Shown one piece after another: positions 28,301 through 36,486 of a DNA stretch of 55,791 nt. The stretch's first letter is position 1. Each line of letters opens with the position of its first letter. The notes beneath the pieces were generated by a model that did no database searches, was not told the origin of the DNA, and saw nothing but the letters and a program-made list of their open reading frames with translations. The stretch is taken from NCBI GenBank assembly GCA_964372075.1, contig CAYJPR010000001.1, positions 1 through 55,791 of the forward strand, read 5' to 3'. A program made the translations under genes and the position numbers. The DNA is from an uncultured Desulfovibrionaceae bacterium. GTDB taxonomy: Bacteria; Desulfobacterota; Desulfovibrionia; Desulfovibrionales; Desulfovibrionaceae.

Positions 28301-29613
28301 ACTACGTTTTCTTGAGCTTTAGTATACAGTTCTTCAAATCGTTTTGCCAATTCTATATTATATTTTTCTACACTAACTGGAATAGCGCTACTATCTCTCT
28401 CAAATGGAAAATACACACTTTTTTTATTTTCTCTTGACATGTATTGTTCAAACTGTGCATATGACTTAGATTTAACAATCCATTTATTATTTTTCTTAAT
28501 ATGAATAGTATATATACAATTTCTTTCGAAACTTCTAATATCATCATTCAGCCATTTATGGCGCAATTTCTTAGCAGAATCTACATCAGTAAAAGGTGAA
28601 ATAGAAATTTCTTTTACAAGCATAACAGTATCACTTTTCCAAATGACTTCAGTAAGAAAAGATATAGAAAAATTAGCAATATAGTCGCCATATGTTTCAG
28701 ACTTTTTTAAAACATCTGTACCAGAAGCGATATATTTTGACATATTGGATTCATTTTTTATATTAAACTCAAATCCCCTGACCACTTTATCCCAAAATCC
28801 AGCAGTATCATACGCATTTTTATTTTTAATCAACGTAAGATTCTGCCCAGCTAGCCCAAAAGAATCTATGGACAAAACCGCAGCTTCTTCCCATTTCTTC
28901 TCAGCAATGGCTTTAACAATGGCTTCTATTTGCGGCCCCATTTCTTGCAAATACAACTCTGCCCCTTTCTTACGCGCGGCAATGCGGGCCAGTTTATCTT
29001 CCTCTACCTTGCGCGCAGCTTCAGCTCTGTCCATAGCAGCTTTTTTATTACCAGCAAGGCTTACAACGCGCCATTTTTTATCAATAAACGCAAGACCAAG
29101 CACGCCTTCTTGCCCATCGGGCATGGTAGCCACGGCAGCAATAATGCCCTCTTGTTCGCCTACACCCATTTCACCATAGACAAGACTATTCAGCACGTTG
29201 GGGTCAAAGGGTAAGGTGGGACTTTTGTATTTACGGCAATAGTTGGCAAAGTCTCCCGAAGCCACCATACCATCCAAGGTTACAAAAAAAGCATCACTAA
29301 TGGCATAGGATTGCATAGCGCGACTAAGGCCCAAATGACGAGCCCTTTCTATATGCTTACTCGTAACATAAATATTTTTAAGCCATGCATAAGTAGGATT
29401 TTCATGATCGTTCATGTATACGTCTTTAAGGCGTACCCAATACTCCTTAGGCACGCGCTCCATAAAGGCCACATGGTCATTATTTTCAATGGCAGTAACT
29501 AAGGCTTTGACACCTTCTTCAGGTTTTTCACCGCCAATGTTCAAAAAACCCGTGCTCAAAGTGAGCGTTATGCCCACAATGGCAAAAGATAACAATTTTT
29601 GTACCATACGCAT
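25321..29613 (-). CDS. giant secreted or anchored repeat protein: six NTF2/DUF4878-like modules plus a C-terminal two-domain module
   Basis: 1430-aa uninterrupted ORF with an N-terminal hydrophobic signal or anchor. Six modules each open with a helix of type (V/I)..(A/L)..A(I/L)...(N/D)...F and close with a beta-hairpin of type F(V/L)..K....WK(I/L). Coiled-coil linkers separate them. The C-terminal ~380 aa are paralogous to the next gene. Confidence 0.85.
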   Translation of the reverse strand: MRMVQKLLSFAIVGITLTLSTGFLNIGGEKPEEGVKALVTAIENNDHVAFMERVPKEYWVRLKDVYMNDHENPTYAWLKNIYVTSKHIERARHLGLSRAMQSYAISDAFFVTLDGMVASGDFANYCRKYKSPTLPFDPNVLNSLVYGEMGVGEQEGIIAAVATMPDGQEGVLGLAFIDKKWRVVSLAGNKKAAMDRAEAARKVEEDKLARIAARKKGAELYLQEMGPQIEAIVKAIAEKKWEEAAVLSIDSFGLAGQNLTLIKNKNAYDTAGFWDKVVRGFEFNIKNESNMSKYIASGTDVLKKSETYGDYIANFSISFLTEVIWKSDTVMLVKEISISPFTDVDSAKKLRHKWLNDDIRSFERNCIYTIHIKKNNKWIVKSKSYAQFEQYMSRENKKSVYFPFERDSSAIPVSVEKYNIELAKRFEELYTKAQENVVNEAKWEKEVKDIIAELNKAIVNNAPEVFEKHLALPMVIRDSGDLNETAIAIAKYGKSNADVNKFLDEIRNGTSKFSLKNLDIFFVDELEVVTHLREDDSFYLFERKKGDEPWKLARISTAGGLARPKDWDTKLAELVKEYEIEFALKNSVQEVLTALQKAYTAKDPTVFEQYIDLPSFLRDNGDLEKTAQAMAVNAKTNADVKAFLEQVSTGKWKSKTPLSKGLSEVVFVQTTPLEAVVNLTEQFIYLLLQRKAENDAWKIVRHASLEESLKRPENWQAGVNARVKILEEEIAKEEARKQKSLADMQKKMQEATANIVKAITEKNVPLAVKYMEPAMSILSLNEQDRLRSKLRSQLAPLYSTQEHFKQSITTGTAPSGLEAVWDAEAWKKAVFSFLNEKDKIVLGTLPTSSGNRAVLFVLFDGTYKLIAPPNKDISIFTTSGNAMAQAWKQLVANYKLDEPRQKLMFMVEALSTKNGQEFLQFVNVPNLVSWKNLQDRASGLEEQSHNELFEKKVYTEQSDQIVKSVSGHGKFTVGKLEITPSTLERSSVHILTPEMLMLETAKNNLLFVQKDKKYVLQGIVGELSAVQRGQFRQRFPDREKELANSKKALLRSVAAQTTSNAVLDLLQVTGGAYEVFKTEKGTVQLRVQATVQNKTEQAIKPVRFMMFFEDAEGQGWLPWVTKVTSENIKPGATQTFEWEFFPNEKEAYLLQQVEAGKMHFMVRTSEAIINKTTYKRFGTMVDPKQLPDGMWQLAKFAPVKPIPQWKSAEENAQKALWESMKKSKAAVVAHRGAINSIPKVATVATKAETSAQTETKPEVKAEAKPEAKAEAKPKAPVKAEVKPAPVTSAKTDAQPTAPAPKKPGKAVIVATTTDTMSLSAFAPDGKPDSSIRVLAHGKSPLVGVRVESIGAGNASWKTQSVKTKAVGVLSVMQDGKAINANDAVFSVDVSKPVSLDLVMQDNGNISNVKIRLRVIFFHKDGSRTYSIIQR
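25806..25870. repeat. 24-nt tandem repeat (about 2.6 copies) encoding the (AEAKPEAK)n linker in the giant gene
   Basis: The unit ggcttagcctcagctttagcttct at 25806-25829 repeats at 25830-25853 with 2 changes. A partial third unit follows. Confidence 0.8.
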
Positions 29614-29639
29614 GGAAGAACTCCTTACTAGATTTTAGA

Positions 29640-29750
29640 TTACCGCTCTATAGGCGAATAACGTCTTGAACCGTCTTTTATAATAAAGTACGACGCGTAA
29701 GCGAGTTTTAGCGTCTTGCAAAGCACAATAACCTTCTAAGATGCTTATTT
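29640..29750 (-). pseudogene. frameshifted 3'-terminal relic of a third copy of the C-terminal module
   Basis: The minus strand reads ...LQDAKTRLRVVLYY, then a 1-nt insertion, then KDGSRRYSPIER and a stop (TAA at 29642-29640). This aligns position for position with ...NVKIRLRVIFFHKDGSRTYSIIQR-stop of the giant gene. No start codon or upstream homology is visible. Confidence 0.6.
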
Positions 29751-29846
29751 TTACATAATTTAAAGAGAGCACTTTTGTTGTGCCTCAGAAATATAAAGTT
29801 TTACTAGGATCGTTGACACATACATGATTTTTCAGTGCCGACTATA

Positions 29847-31040
29847 TTAAAACAATGTTCTTTGTGTTGCATTTTGAAGCGTCGGCAGTTTTGGTTCCAC
29901 AAATTCCCCTGCCTCCACGCCGCGTCCTTCCCAGCTTCGTTCACTAAGGCGCAAAAGAGCTTCTGTGCTGAGTCGCAACATATTCCCCTGCACATTGAAG
30001 GTGCTTTGTGCATGCGCTTTGCCAAAGGTGGTAGTCCCCATGGAGGTGGCGCGTTCATTATCCACCAAGGCTACTATAAAAGCTTCTGCGGCGCTGGCGG
30101 TGAGGTCGTCTTGCCAAAGAATAAGAGGATATGTTTGAAGAAATTTTCCGTCTTTATTGGTGCTGATATATTTTTTCTTGGGCAAAGAATCCGTTTTATT
30201 TTCCCGAATTTTTGAGATACCCAGCAAGGTTCCTTTAGGTAGAAATTCTGCGGCGCAATTTCTTGCAGCCAAAATACTTCCGCCGCTATTGCCCCGCACA
30301 TCCACCACAAGTGGTTGATTTCCTGCTTGTTGTACTTTTGTGATAAAAAGCTTAGTGGTATTTTTATCAAAGTACCAAATGCGAATGCGAGCAAAGCCTT
30401 CATGTTGAATTAAATCCACATGAGGAGGAAGGAATTTTTCTCTTTTAAGGGTAAAAGTAGGAAATGTGTTGTTTCTTTCAACATTTAATGTCAGTGCAGA
30501 GCCTATGGGCCCCCCAAAAACCTTACGAGCAGATTCTATAGAATCCACCCCTGTGAGCACATCGCCTTCTAAAATACCAGCCTTGGCGGCAGGCCCGTTA
30601 GGATAAGGTACACAAACAATTTGCCCTTTTTTGTTTTTCACTAAAGCCATACCTACACTACCAGCATTTTTAGCAGGCAAGCTCATTTTAAATTCAGCGG
30701 CAGAGGTAAAGGTGGCCCATTTGTCAAAACCGTGTAAATAGGCGCGTATTTCGTTAGCATAAATGGGTTGCCATGCCATGTCCTTTGTCATCAGTTCAGA
30801 GCTACTTATCTGTGAATCTTGAACTTTATGCATGGCCTCTTCACCCATTAAAAGAATACTATGAGATTCTTGTGGCGGTGCAAGAGCCGATTTTATGACT
30901 ACTTGCACCACCCTTTCGGTAATGCCCTGCTTTATCGGTTGCTCTACCTGTACAATGGCGCACACAGACGCCGTCGCCACAGCAGATACCATACAAAAAC
31001 TTAGAAAAAATATACGTAAAACAGGCATTACATTTTGCAT
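29847..31040 (-). CDS. S41-family C-terminal processing peptidase (Ctp/Prc-like) with a PDZ domain
   Basis: Signal peptide. PDZ region (GSVGMALVKNKKGQIVCVPYPNGPAAKAGILEGDVL). The motif VVDVRGNSGG is present. Catalytic Ser lies in TASAAE and catalytic Lys in TFGKAHAQ. Confidence 0.85.
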   Translation of the reverse strand: MQNVMPVLRIFFLSFCMVSAVATASVCAIVQVEQPIKQGITERVVQVVIKSALAPPQESHSILLMGEEAMHKVQDSQISSSELMTKDMAWQPIYANEIRAYLHGFDKWATFTSAAEFKMSLPAKNAGSVGMALVKNKKGQIVCVPYPNGPAAKAGILEGDVLTGVDSIESARKVFGGPIGSALTLNVERNNTFPTFTLKREKFLPPHVDLIQHEGFARIRIWYFDKNTTKLFITKVQQAGNQPLVVDVRGNSGGSILAARNCAAEFLPKGTLLGISKIRENKTDSLPKKKYISTNKDGKFLQTYPLILWQDDLTASAAEAFIVALVDNERATSMGTTTFGKAHAQSTFNVQGNMLRLSTEALLRLSERSWEGRGVEAGEFVEPKLPTLQNATQRTLF

Positions 31041-31043
31041 TTC

Positions 31044-31538
31044 TTACTCCATGAGTAAAGCGTCCATATCTTTTTGTAACTCAGCGTACTCTTGATTCAA
31101 TTTTTCAAGATAGGCTTTACGCTCTTCCACATTTTGGGTGGCTGTATTGTTTCTCATTTGTTTTTCAATATCAGTGGCGCGTGTCTCAAGTTCGGTGATC
31201 TTTGCAGCTTGTGTGGTATCTGCTGTTTTACTTTGCGCCAAACGTGTCTTTAAGCTTTCAATATTAGTTTGCATTTCACGCAATTGACCTTGCTGAGCGG
31301 CCACAGTAACCACTCTTTCGCCCACTGCTTTTTTCAAAGCTTCACTTTCTTCGCGTTCTTTGGCTTGTTGCGCTTCAATGGCAGCAAGGCGTGCCTCACG
31401 TTCTTTAATACGTGCTTCATAGGCTTCTGGGCTGTATGAAAACAATCCACCTTTAGATGGATCCGTAGTTGTAGCAGAGCAGCCCACAAGTAAAAGTGCT
31501 GAGGCAAGTACGGTCATAATTCTTTTTTTAGGTAACAT
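31044..31538 (-). CDS. coiled-coil lipoprotein
   Basis: Lipobox LLVGC after a signal peptide, and the rest is heptad-like E/K/Q/A-rich sequence. Start set to ATG 31538 (MLPKK), which has AGGAGAG 5 nt upstream. Confidence 0.7.
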   Translation of the reverse strand: MLPKKRIMTVLASALLLVGCSATTTDPSKGGLFSYSPEAYEARIKEREARLAAIEAQQAKEREESEALKKAVGERVVTVAAQQGQLREMQTNIESLKTRLAQSKTADTTQAAKITELETRATDIEKQMRNNTATQNVEERKAYLEKLNQEYAELQKDMDALLME

Positions 31539-31552
31539 CACATCTCTCCTCA

Positions 31553-32221
31553 TTAAATAGAAACACGCATGGACATATTAGCTAACTTATTAGATTCTTC
31601 ACGCAACTCATCCACTTGTAATTGCATTTTAGCAATTTCATGCTCAATAATGGCAGCTTCGCGTTCACGCTTTTCACTGCGAGCATCAGCCACAACTGCT
31701 TTTTGCGCTACAATAACTTTTTCCATATCTGCAATATAGTTATTGGTAGTCTGCTGCTGATTTGCCAATGTCGCTTGCATTTTCTTCATATCTGAGGCCT
31801 TAGCCGCTTGCATTTTATAGGCGGCGGCTAATTGCTGTGATTGAGCATCCAGCTTCGTCAGCTCTGCTTTCAATTTATCATTATAGGCTGCAGTATTTGT
31901 ATTAGCCGCTTGAGCCTTAGCTATACTATCATCCAGCCAAGCTTCACGTGTTGCGTAATCTTCTTTCTTTTTAGCAACATACAATCCAACACCTGTACCA
32001 ACAAGAGCTCCGGCGCCAGCTCCCACAGCAATCCATCTGGCATTTCCCGTAGCTATGGCGGCAACACCACCTAGTAAAGCGCCAAAGATAGCACCTGCGC
32101 CGGCGCCTTCGCCAACGGTCTGAGCACTATCACTATTAGTGCTTCCATCCGGATTTGTTCTTGCCGCGCAGCCTGATAATACCAACATCATGCACAGCAT
32201 AATTAAAGCAAGGTTTTTCAT
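31553..32221 (-). CDS. glycine-zipper lipoprotein with a C-terminal coiled coil
   Basis: Lipobox VLSGC. Gly-zipper stretch GAGAGAIFGALLGGVAAIATG...VGAGAGALVGTGVGLYV, followed by about 130 aa of coiled-coil-like sequence. Confidence 0.75.
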   Translation of the reverse strand: MKNLALIMLCMMLVLSGCAARTNPDGSTNSDSAQTVGEGAGAGAIFGALLGGVAAIATGNARWIAVGAGAGALVGTGVGLYVAKKKEDYATREAWLDDSIAKAQAANTNTAAYNDKLKAELTKLDAQSQQLAAAYKMQAAKASDMKKMQATLANQQQTTNNYIADMEKVIVAQKAVVADARSEKREREAAIIEHEIAKMQLQVDELREESNKLANMSMRVSI

Positions 32222-32232
32222 AACTCCTCCTA

Positions 32233-33849
32233 TTATTTTAAACTATTTTCATAGTCTTTTCGCCATTTAGGAATATTTGTTCTTTTATTACGTACAAAAT
32301 CTGTATAGTGAGCTTTTATAAGCTGCAGTACAGCTAAGGATGCTGCTATCTCTTCAGGTTTCATACCTTTTTCGGTATAATTTTGTGTTGCTTTTTCCCT
32401 CGCTGCAAAAGCATCTTGGATAAGCTTAGTAGGAAGAGCTTCCATTCCCATAAGGTTAGCACTATATGTTTCTAAAGCCTCATTAATATTAAAGGCAGCT
32501 ACTTGAAAAGGCTTTTCCAAACGCGCATTTTTTTCTTTATCTTCCTTGAGGCGTCCTTCCATATAGGCGTATTTTTCCAATATGGTTCTCAACCTTTGCC
32601 CTACAGAGTGCGTATAGTTCACCCAGGTAGTTGCCGTTCTTATGTCTGCCTCATGCTGAGCTTTTTGCCCTTTTTGCATGCCATCAAGCGCATAAGCCAA
32701 CTCTTGTGCCCAATTTACTTGAATATGCTCATCTTTTGAGAGTTTATTTAAAGATTGAATTCGCTTCATGGCATCAACAAACGATGCTTCTGCTTGATCA
32801 CTAAGCGGAGCCATAGACAGCGTAGCTGGTGTTTGTGGTTGTACGGCGCTGTCCAACTCTTCTTCAAAAGCTTCTTCAATTTCAGCAATGGTTTCTCTGT
32901 CTGTAAGAAGAGGAGCAGATAAGGTTAAACGCATTCCCAAAGTAATTTTGGCATTGGGCTTTACTTCGTTGCCGCGACGTAAAAGATAATAGGGCTCTTC
33001 TTGCCTTTGAGCTGAAAGTAATTTTTCCTCGTTCATAATGTAGGACCCGCCACGACTGGTAAAGCCCCCACTACGTCCTTCATAATACCTGAACTGATAC
33101 TGACTAGAGGTCATTTCTTGTACATTGCCCAACATATCATGCAGGCCCAAAGGGTTAGCCTTAAGTAAGCCTATGGGTTTCATTTTTCCATGAGAAGAGG
33201 TAGGACCGTTAAACCATTCGTAAGCAGCTACTTGGTCATCATAAGGCGTAGCACTTTCAAAAAGAGATTTTTCTACCTTAATGCCGCCGCGCGCAGCAAA
33301 CTCCCATTCTGCTTCTGAAGGTAGTCGTACGAAGCCAGGATAGTTATTGGATTTAGGCAATGCGTCTAAACCGTTAGCATAGAACCACTGATTCAACGCA
33401 TCAATAAACTGTATGGCTTCAAAATAGGTTAGATTGGTCACGGGAAGACTATCTTTTTCAGCACTGGCTTCTTTGTCAGTCAAAGCCGCAGGCAAAGCCC
33501 CCATAACTGCGCGGTACTGCCCGCGCGTAATTTCATACTTACTTAAATAGTACATCCATAAGGGCTCTTCTCCCTCACTAAAAAAACTCCCCCCCACCAT
33601 GACCTTGGTAGGACGCATGCGAAAATTTTCTTCTTCAGCATCTCCCATAATGAAAGACATGCCACCACTATAAGGACTCTCCCCTCGCACTTGAATGGCG
33701 CGAAAAGCAAAACAAGTATCCTTAGGCCCAGGTAAAACCAAGTCACCTTCCATGGGCTGGGGGTTACAAACACTTTTTTCTACAGCCAAAGCCACAGTAG
33801 GCAATGCATAACACAGAGCCAACAGAGCAAAAAACAATAGCTTTTTCAT
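32233..33849 (-). CDS. secreted FGE-sulfatase (SUMF1)-fold protein lacking the catalytic Cys pair, with a helical C-terminal extension
   Basis: Start at ATG 33849 (MKKLLFF) with GAGGAG 5 nt upstream, followed by a signal peptide. FGE-fold motifs are present (RLPSEAEWEFAARGG, HDMLGNVQEM, SRGGSY, LGMRL). No Cys follows GGSY. Confidence 0.8.
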   Translation of the reverse strand: MKKLLFFALLALCYALPTVALAVEKSVCNPQPMEGDLVLPGPKDTCFAFRAIQVRGESPYSGGMSFIMGDAEEENFRMRPTKVMVGGSFFSEGEEPLWMYYLSKYEITRGQYRAVMGALPAALTDKEASAEKDSLPVTNLTYFEAIQFIDALNQWFYANGLDALPKSNNYPGFVRLPSEAEWEFAARGGIKVEKSLFESATPYDDQVAAYEWFNGPTSSHGKMKPIGLLKANPLGLHDMLGNVQEMTSSQYQFRYYEGRSGGFTSRGGSYIMNEEKLLSAQRQEEPYYLLRRGNEVKPNAKITLGMRLTLSAPLLTDRETIAEIEEAFEEELDSAVQPQTPATLSMAPLSDQAEASFVDAMKRIQSLNKLSKDEHIQVNWAQELAYALDGMQKGQKAQHEADIRTATTWVNYTHSVGQRLRTILEKYAYMEGRLKEDKEKNARLEKPFQVAAFNINEALETYSANLMGMEALPTKLIQDAFAAREKATQNYTEKGMKPEEIAASLAVLQLIKAHYTDFVRNKRTNIPKWRKDYENSLK

Positions 33850-33869
33850 GCACACTCCTCTACGTAGAA

Positions 33870-35741
33870 CTATTCGTCGCGCAAACTTTCAGACGCTTCA
33901 ATTTTAAGTAAACGTGCAGCCGCAGCAAGCCCGGCTAACACAGAGGCCAACAAAGCTAAAAGCACAGCCCAAAGTTGTTGTTGCCACTGTAATCGGCACA
34001 AAACCTCACCAGGAAGGATAAAATCTTGTGCTAACATATTCATATAAAAAGCGAGGACATGAAAAAGAAGAAGGGAAAGAAGCATGCCAAGCCCTGTCAT
34101 GACAATACCAGCTGTCAAGGGAAAGGCACACAAATTGGAACCATGTATACCTAAAAGACGCAACACAGCAAGAGCACGCCGTTTACGCTCTACACTAGCA
34201 TACAATGATGCCAAAAGACATATAACACCGCCCAAAACGGCAGCACTGGCAATAAGACCTAAAATCAGTGTAAGATACCTATCCATACTGCGAACACGTT
34301 CTATGTCAGCCATACGAGTTTTAACTATCACATTAGCAGCTTCAAGTTGCGCAGCCAAAGGAGCTACATCATCCAGTGACCGTGCATACATACGAAAACG
34401 TGAATAATTTTGTCTTCCCAATAGAATTTGTACTTCGTCCCTATCCTCTGCTTTGATAGCAAGAGTTTCTAAAGGGCGTGAATACAAAAGGTTTAAACGC
34501 GCCACAAGTCCGGGGGCTACCACGGCTTGCCCTACAGGTATATCAGCGTGGGGCAACACATGTAATGGCAAGGTCAAGCTCTCTTCATCTTGCGCCTTAA
34601 AAGTAGCTATCGCTTTGTTTTCAGATAATTTTTCTGCATCCTGGGGTGACAGTAAGAGCAGGGCTGGAACTTTTTGAACATCATGCCAAGTAACAGCGGA
34701 CCATGCTGCGTCTGTAGGACTTATACCTTGCCACGCCTCTGTAGGCCAAAGAGATGAAGCATGTACTTGTAAAGAAAGCTTCGTACCTTGCCCTTGTGGG
34801 CCCTGTAGAATAAGCTCTAAAGGAGCGTCCACTGGACCTGCCATAGGAACAAAAGCCCACTCTTGGCCACGTAAAACATTACGCAACTCTTGAAGCTTAA
34901 ATAATGAAACGGGACTATTCCCAGCCTCCAGCTGTAAAGAATGCCAACCTTCTTTTGTCTGCACTACATTTTCTTGTAAGCGTACAAAGCCCGTTCGTTG
35001 ACGCAACTGAGCTATAGCAATAGGACTTAAAGACTCACGCGTATACAACACGCCACCATAAAAAACAGGATAAGCTAAAGGCTTTTCCCCCGGCCAGCCA
35101 AAAGATTCAACACTAAAACCATCTCGAAAAGCCTCCATATGCTCTAATTGTTCCAGAGGGATGAAAGCTAAATCGCGCCCTGAAGCTTGCTGCGGCAAAA
35201 TACCACTAACCACAAATTTGCGTGAAGCTTTTTCAATGCCCCCGCCTTTTTTTTGGCGAGAAATAGTGATTTCAATACTATCTGAAGAAGAAATTTGAAG
35301 TTTTTGAGCTAAGGAAGCCGTGAGTACGCAGGCATCATTGTCTGGAATTTGCACGCGATAACTCTGTAAGAGCCAATCCCCCGCTCCTGTGGGCTGCATA
35401 TCAGCGCGCACCATTTTGTCTGATTGAGCAGGGTTGCTAAAAGAGCCCCCCACGCCTAATTCGCGCGTTTTTGGCACCACAAAGCCCACATGTGCATTGT
35501 TTCTCCACGTTTCAAACCACGCACTATCAAACGTAGACGTTCCTTGAGGAATAACTTCCATATATGATGGATCGTTAATCATGCGCTGACGCATAACCTC
35601 CACGACGCCATTTTTTAACCCAAAAAACAACAGTAATGGTAAAGCTATAGCGGCTACCGTAAGCACAAGGCAAACTGTCATGCGTGCATCATGGCGCAAA
35701 TCCTTACAGGCCATCCAAATTACAGAAAAAAACTCACGCAT
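33870..35741 (-). CDS. FtsX/MacB-type (type VII) ABC permease with an oversized periplasmic domain
   Basis: TM1 near the N-terminus, then a soluble insert of about 440 aa, then three C-terminal TMs with the FtsX-like pattern (ERKRRALAVLRLLG). Start ATG 35741 overlaps the ATPase stop by 8 nt. Confidence 0.85.
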   Translation of the reverse strand: MREFFSVIWMACKDLRHDARMTVCLVLTVAAIALPLLLFFGLKNGVVEVMRQRMINDPSYMEVIPQGTSTFDSAWFETWRNNAHVGFVVPKTRELGVGGSFSNPAQSDKMVRADMQPTGAGDWLLQSYRVQIPDNDACVLTASLAQKLQISSSDSIEITISRQKKGGGIEKASRKFVVSGILPQQASGRDLAFIPLEQLEHMEAFRDGFSVESFGWPGEKPLAYPVFYGGVLYTRESLSPIAIAQLRQRTGFVRLQENVVQTKEGWHSLQLEAGNSPVSLFKLQELRNVLRGQEWAFVPMAGPVDAPLELILQGPQGQGTKLSLQVHASSLWPTEAWQGISPTDAAWSAVTWHDVQKVPALLLLSPQDAEKLSENKAIATFKAQDEESLTLPLHVLPHADIPVGQAVVAPGLVARLNLLYSRPLETLAIKAEDRDEVQILLGRQNYSRFRMYARSLDDVAPLAAQLEAANVIVKTRMADIERVRSMDRYLTLILGLIASAAVLGGVICLLASLYASVERKRRALAVLRLLGIHGSNLCAFPLTAGIVMTGLGMLLSLLLFHVLAFYMNMLAQDFILPGEVLCRLQWQQQLWAVLLALLASVLAGLAAAARLLKIEASESLRDE

Positions 35742-36486
35742 ATATTCGCCCCTGAGTACTGGGAATATGTGTTGTAGGCCATTGCAAGGTTGAACGCACA
35801 TGACCATGCTCATTGGTAGCTAAAGAAAATTCTGCCCATGCATCGGCATGCTGATACATAAGCTCTTTATCGTGGCTAACTATAATGGCAGCAGCACCAC
35901 TCTCTTGCACAACTTCGCGGAAAATACGACAAATACTTTGTGCAGCACTACTATCCACAGCGGCGGTGGGTTCATCGGCAAGAACCAAGGCAGGACGGTG
36001 AATTAGTGCACGAGCAATAGCCACCCTTTGCCTTTGCCCTCCTGAAAGGTGCTGAGGCTTCTTGTCCACTTGATTGGCTATGCCAAGCCTATCCAATAAT
36101 ACATCGAGCCACGCAGCGCTTTGCGCCTCGGAAATACCAAGAAGCCTTGCTGGAAGCAAAATATTCTCACGCACACTCAAAAACGGTAGAAGTCCACCAG
36201 ATTGTAAAACATAACCTAATTTCTGTTTTCTTACACAGGCCAGCGCCCCTGCACTGGCCTGTGTAAGCGAAATAGAGTTTTCATCTGCATATTGAAGTGA
36301 CATCTGCCCTTGCTGAGGGCGCAAAATGAGTGCCAGAATATCTAACAGAGTAGATTTTCCACACCCACTTTGCCCTATTACCGCTATAACATCTCCTGCT
36401 TTCAGGTGAAGTAGCGGCACCGACAATGTAAACACTGCGCCGTTTTTTTCGCGTGTTAGCTCTATGTCACGTGCAGATAACAACAT
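35734..36486 (-). CDS. ABC transporter ATP-binding protein (MacB/LolD-like)
   Basis: Walker A GQSGCGKST, signature LSGGQRQRVAIARAL, Walker B LVLADEPTAAVD and H-loop VSHD. Confidence 0.92.
   Translation of the reverse strand: MLLSARDIELTREKNGAVFTLSVPLLHLKAGDVIAVIGQSGCGKSTLLDILALILRPQQGQMSLQYADENSISLTQASAGALACVRKQKLGYVLQSGGLLPFLSVRENILLPARLLGISEAQSAAWLDVLLDRLGIANQVDKKPQHLSGGQRQRVAIARALIHRPALVLADEPTAAVDSSAAQSICRIFREVVQESGAAAIIVSHDKELMYQHADAWAEFSLATNEHGHVRSTLQWPTTHIPSTQGRIYA

Noticed and set aside
29804-30403. ORFs 29804..30058 (-), 29835..30215 (+) and 30074..30403 (-) near the 3' part of the S41 gene.
   Set aside because: All overlap the S41 reading frame, which carries the catalytic Ser/Lys motifs. 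They are out-of-frame artefacts.
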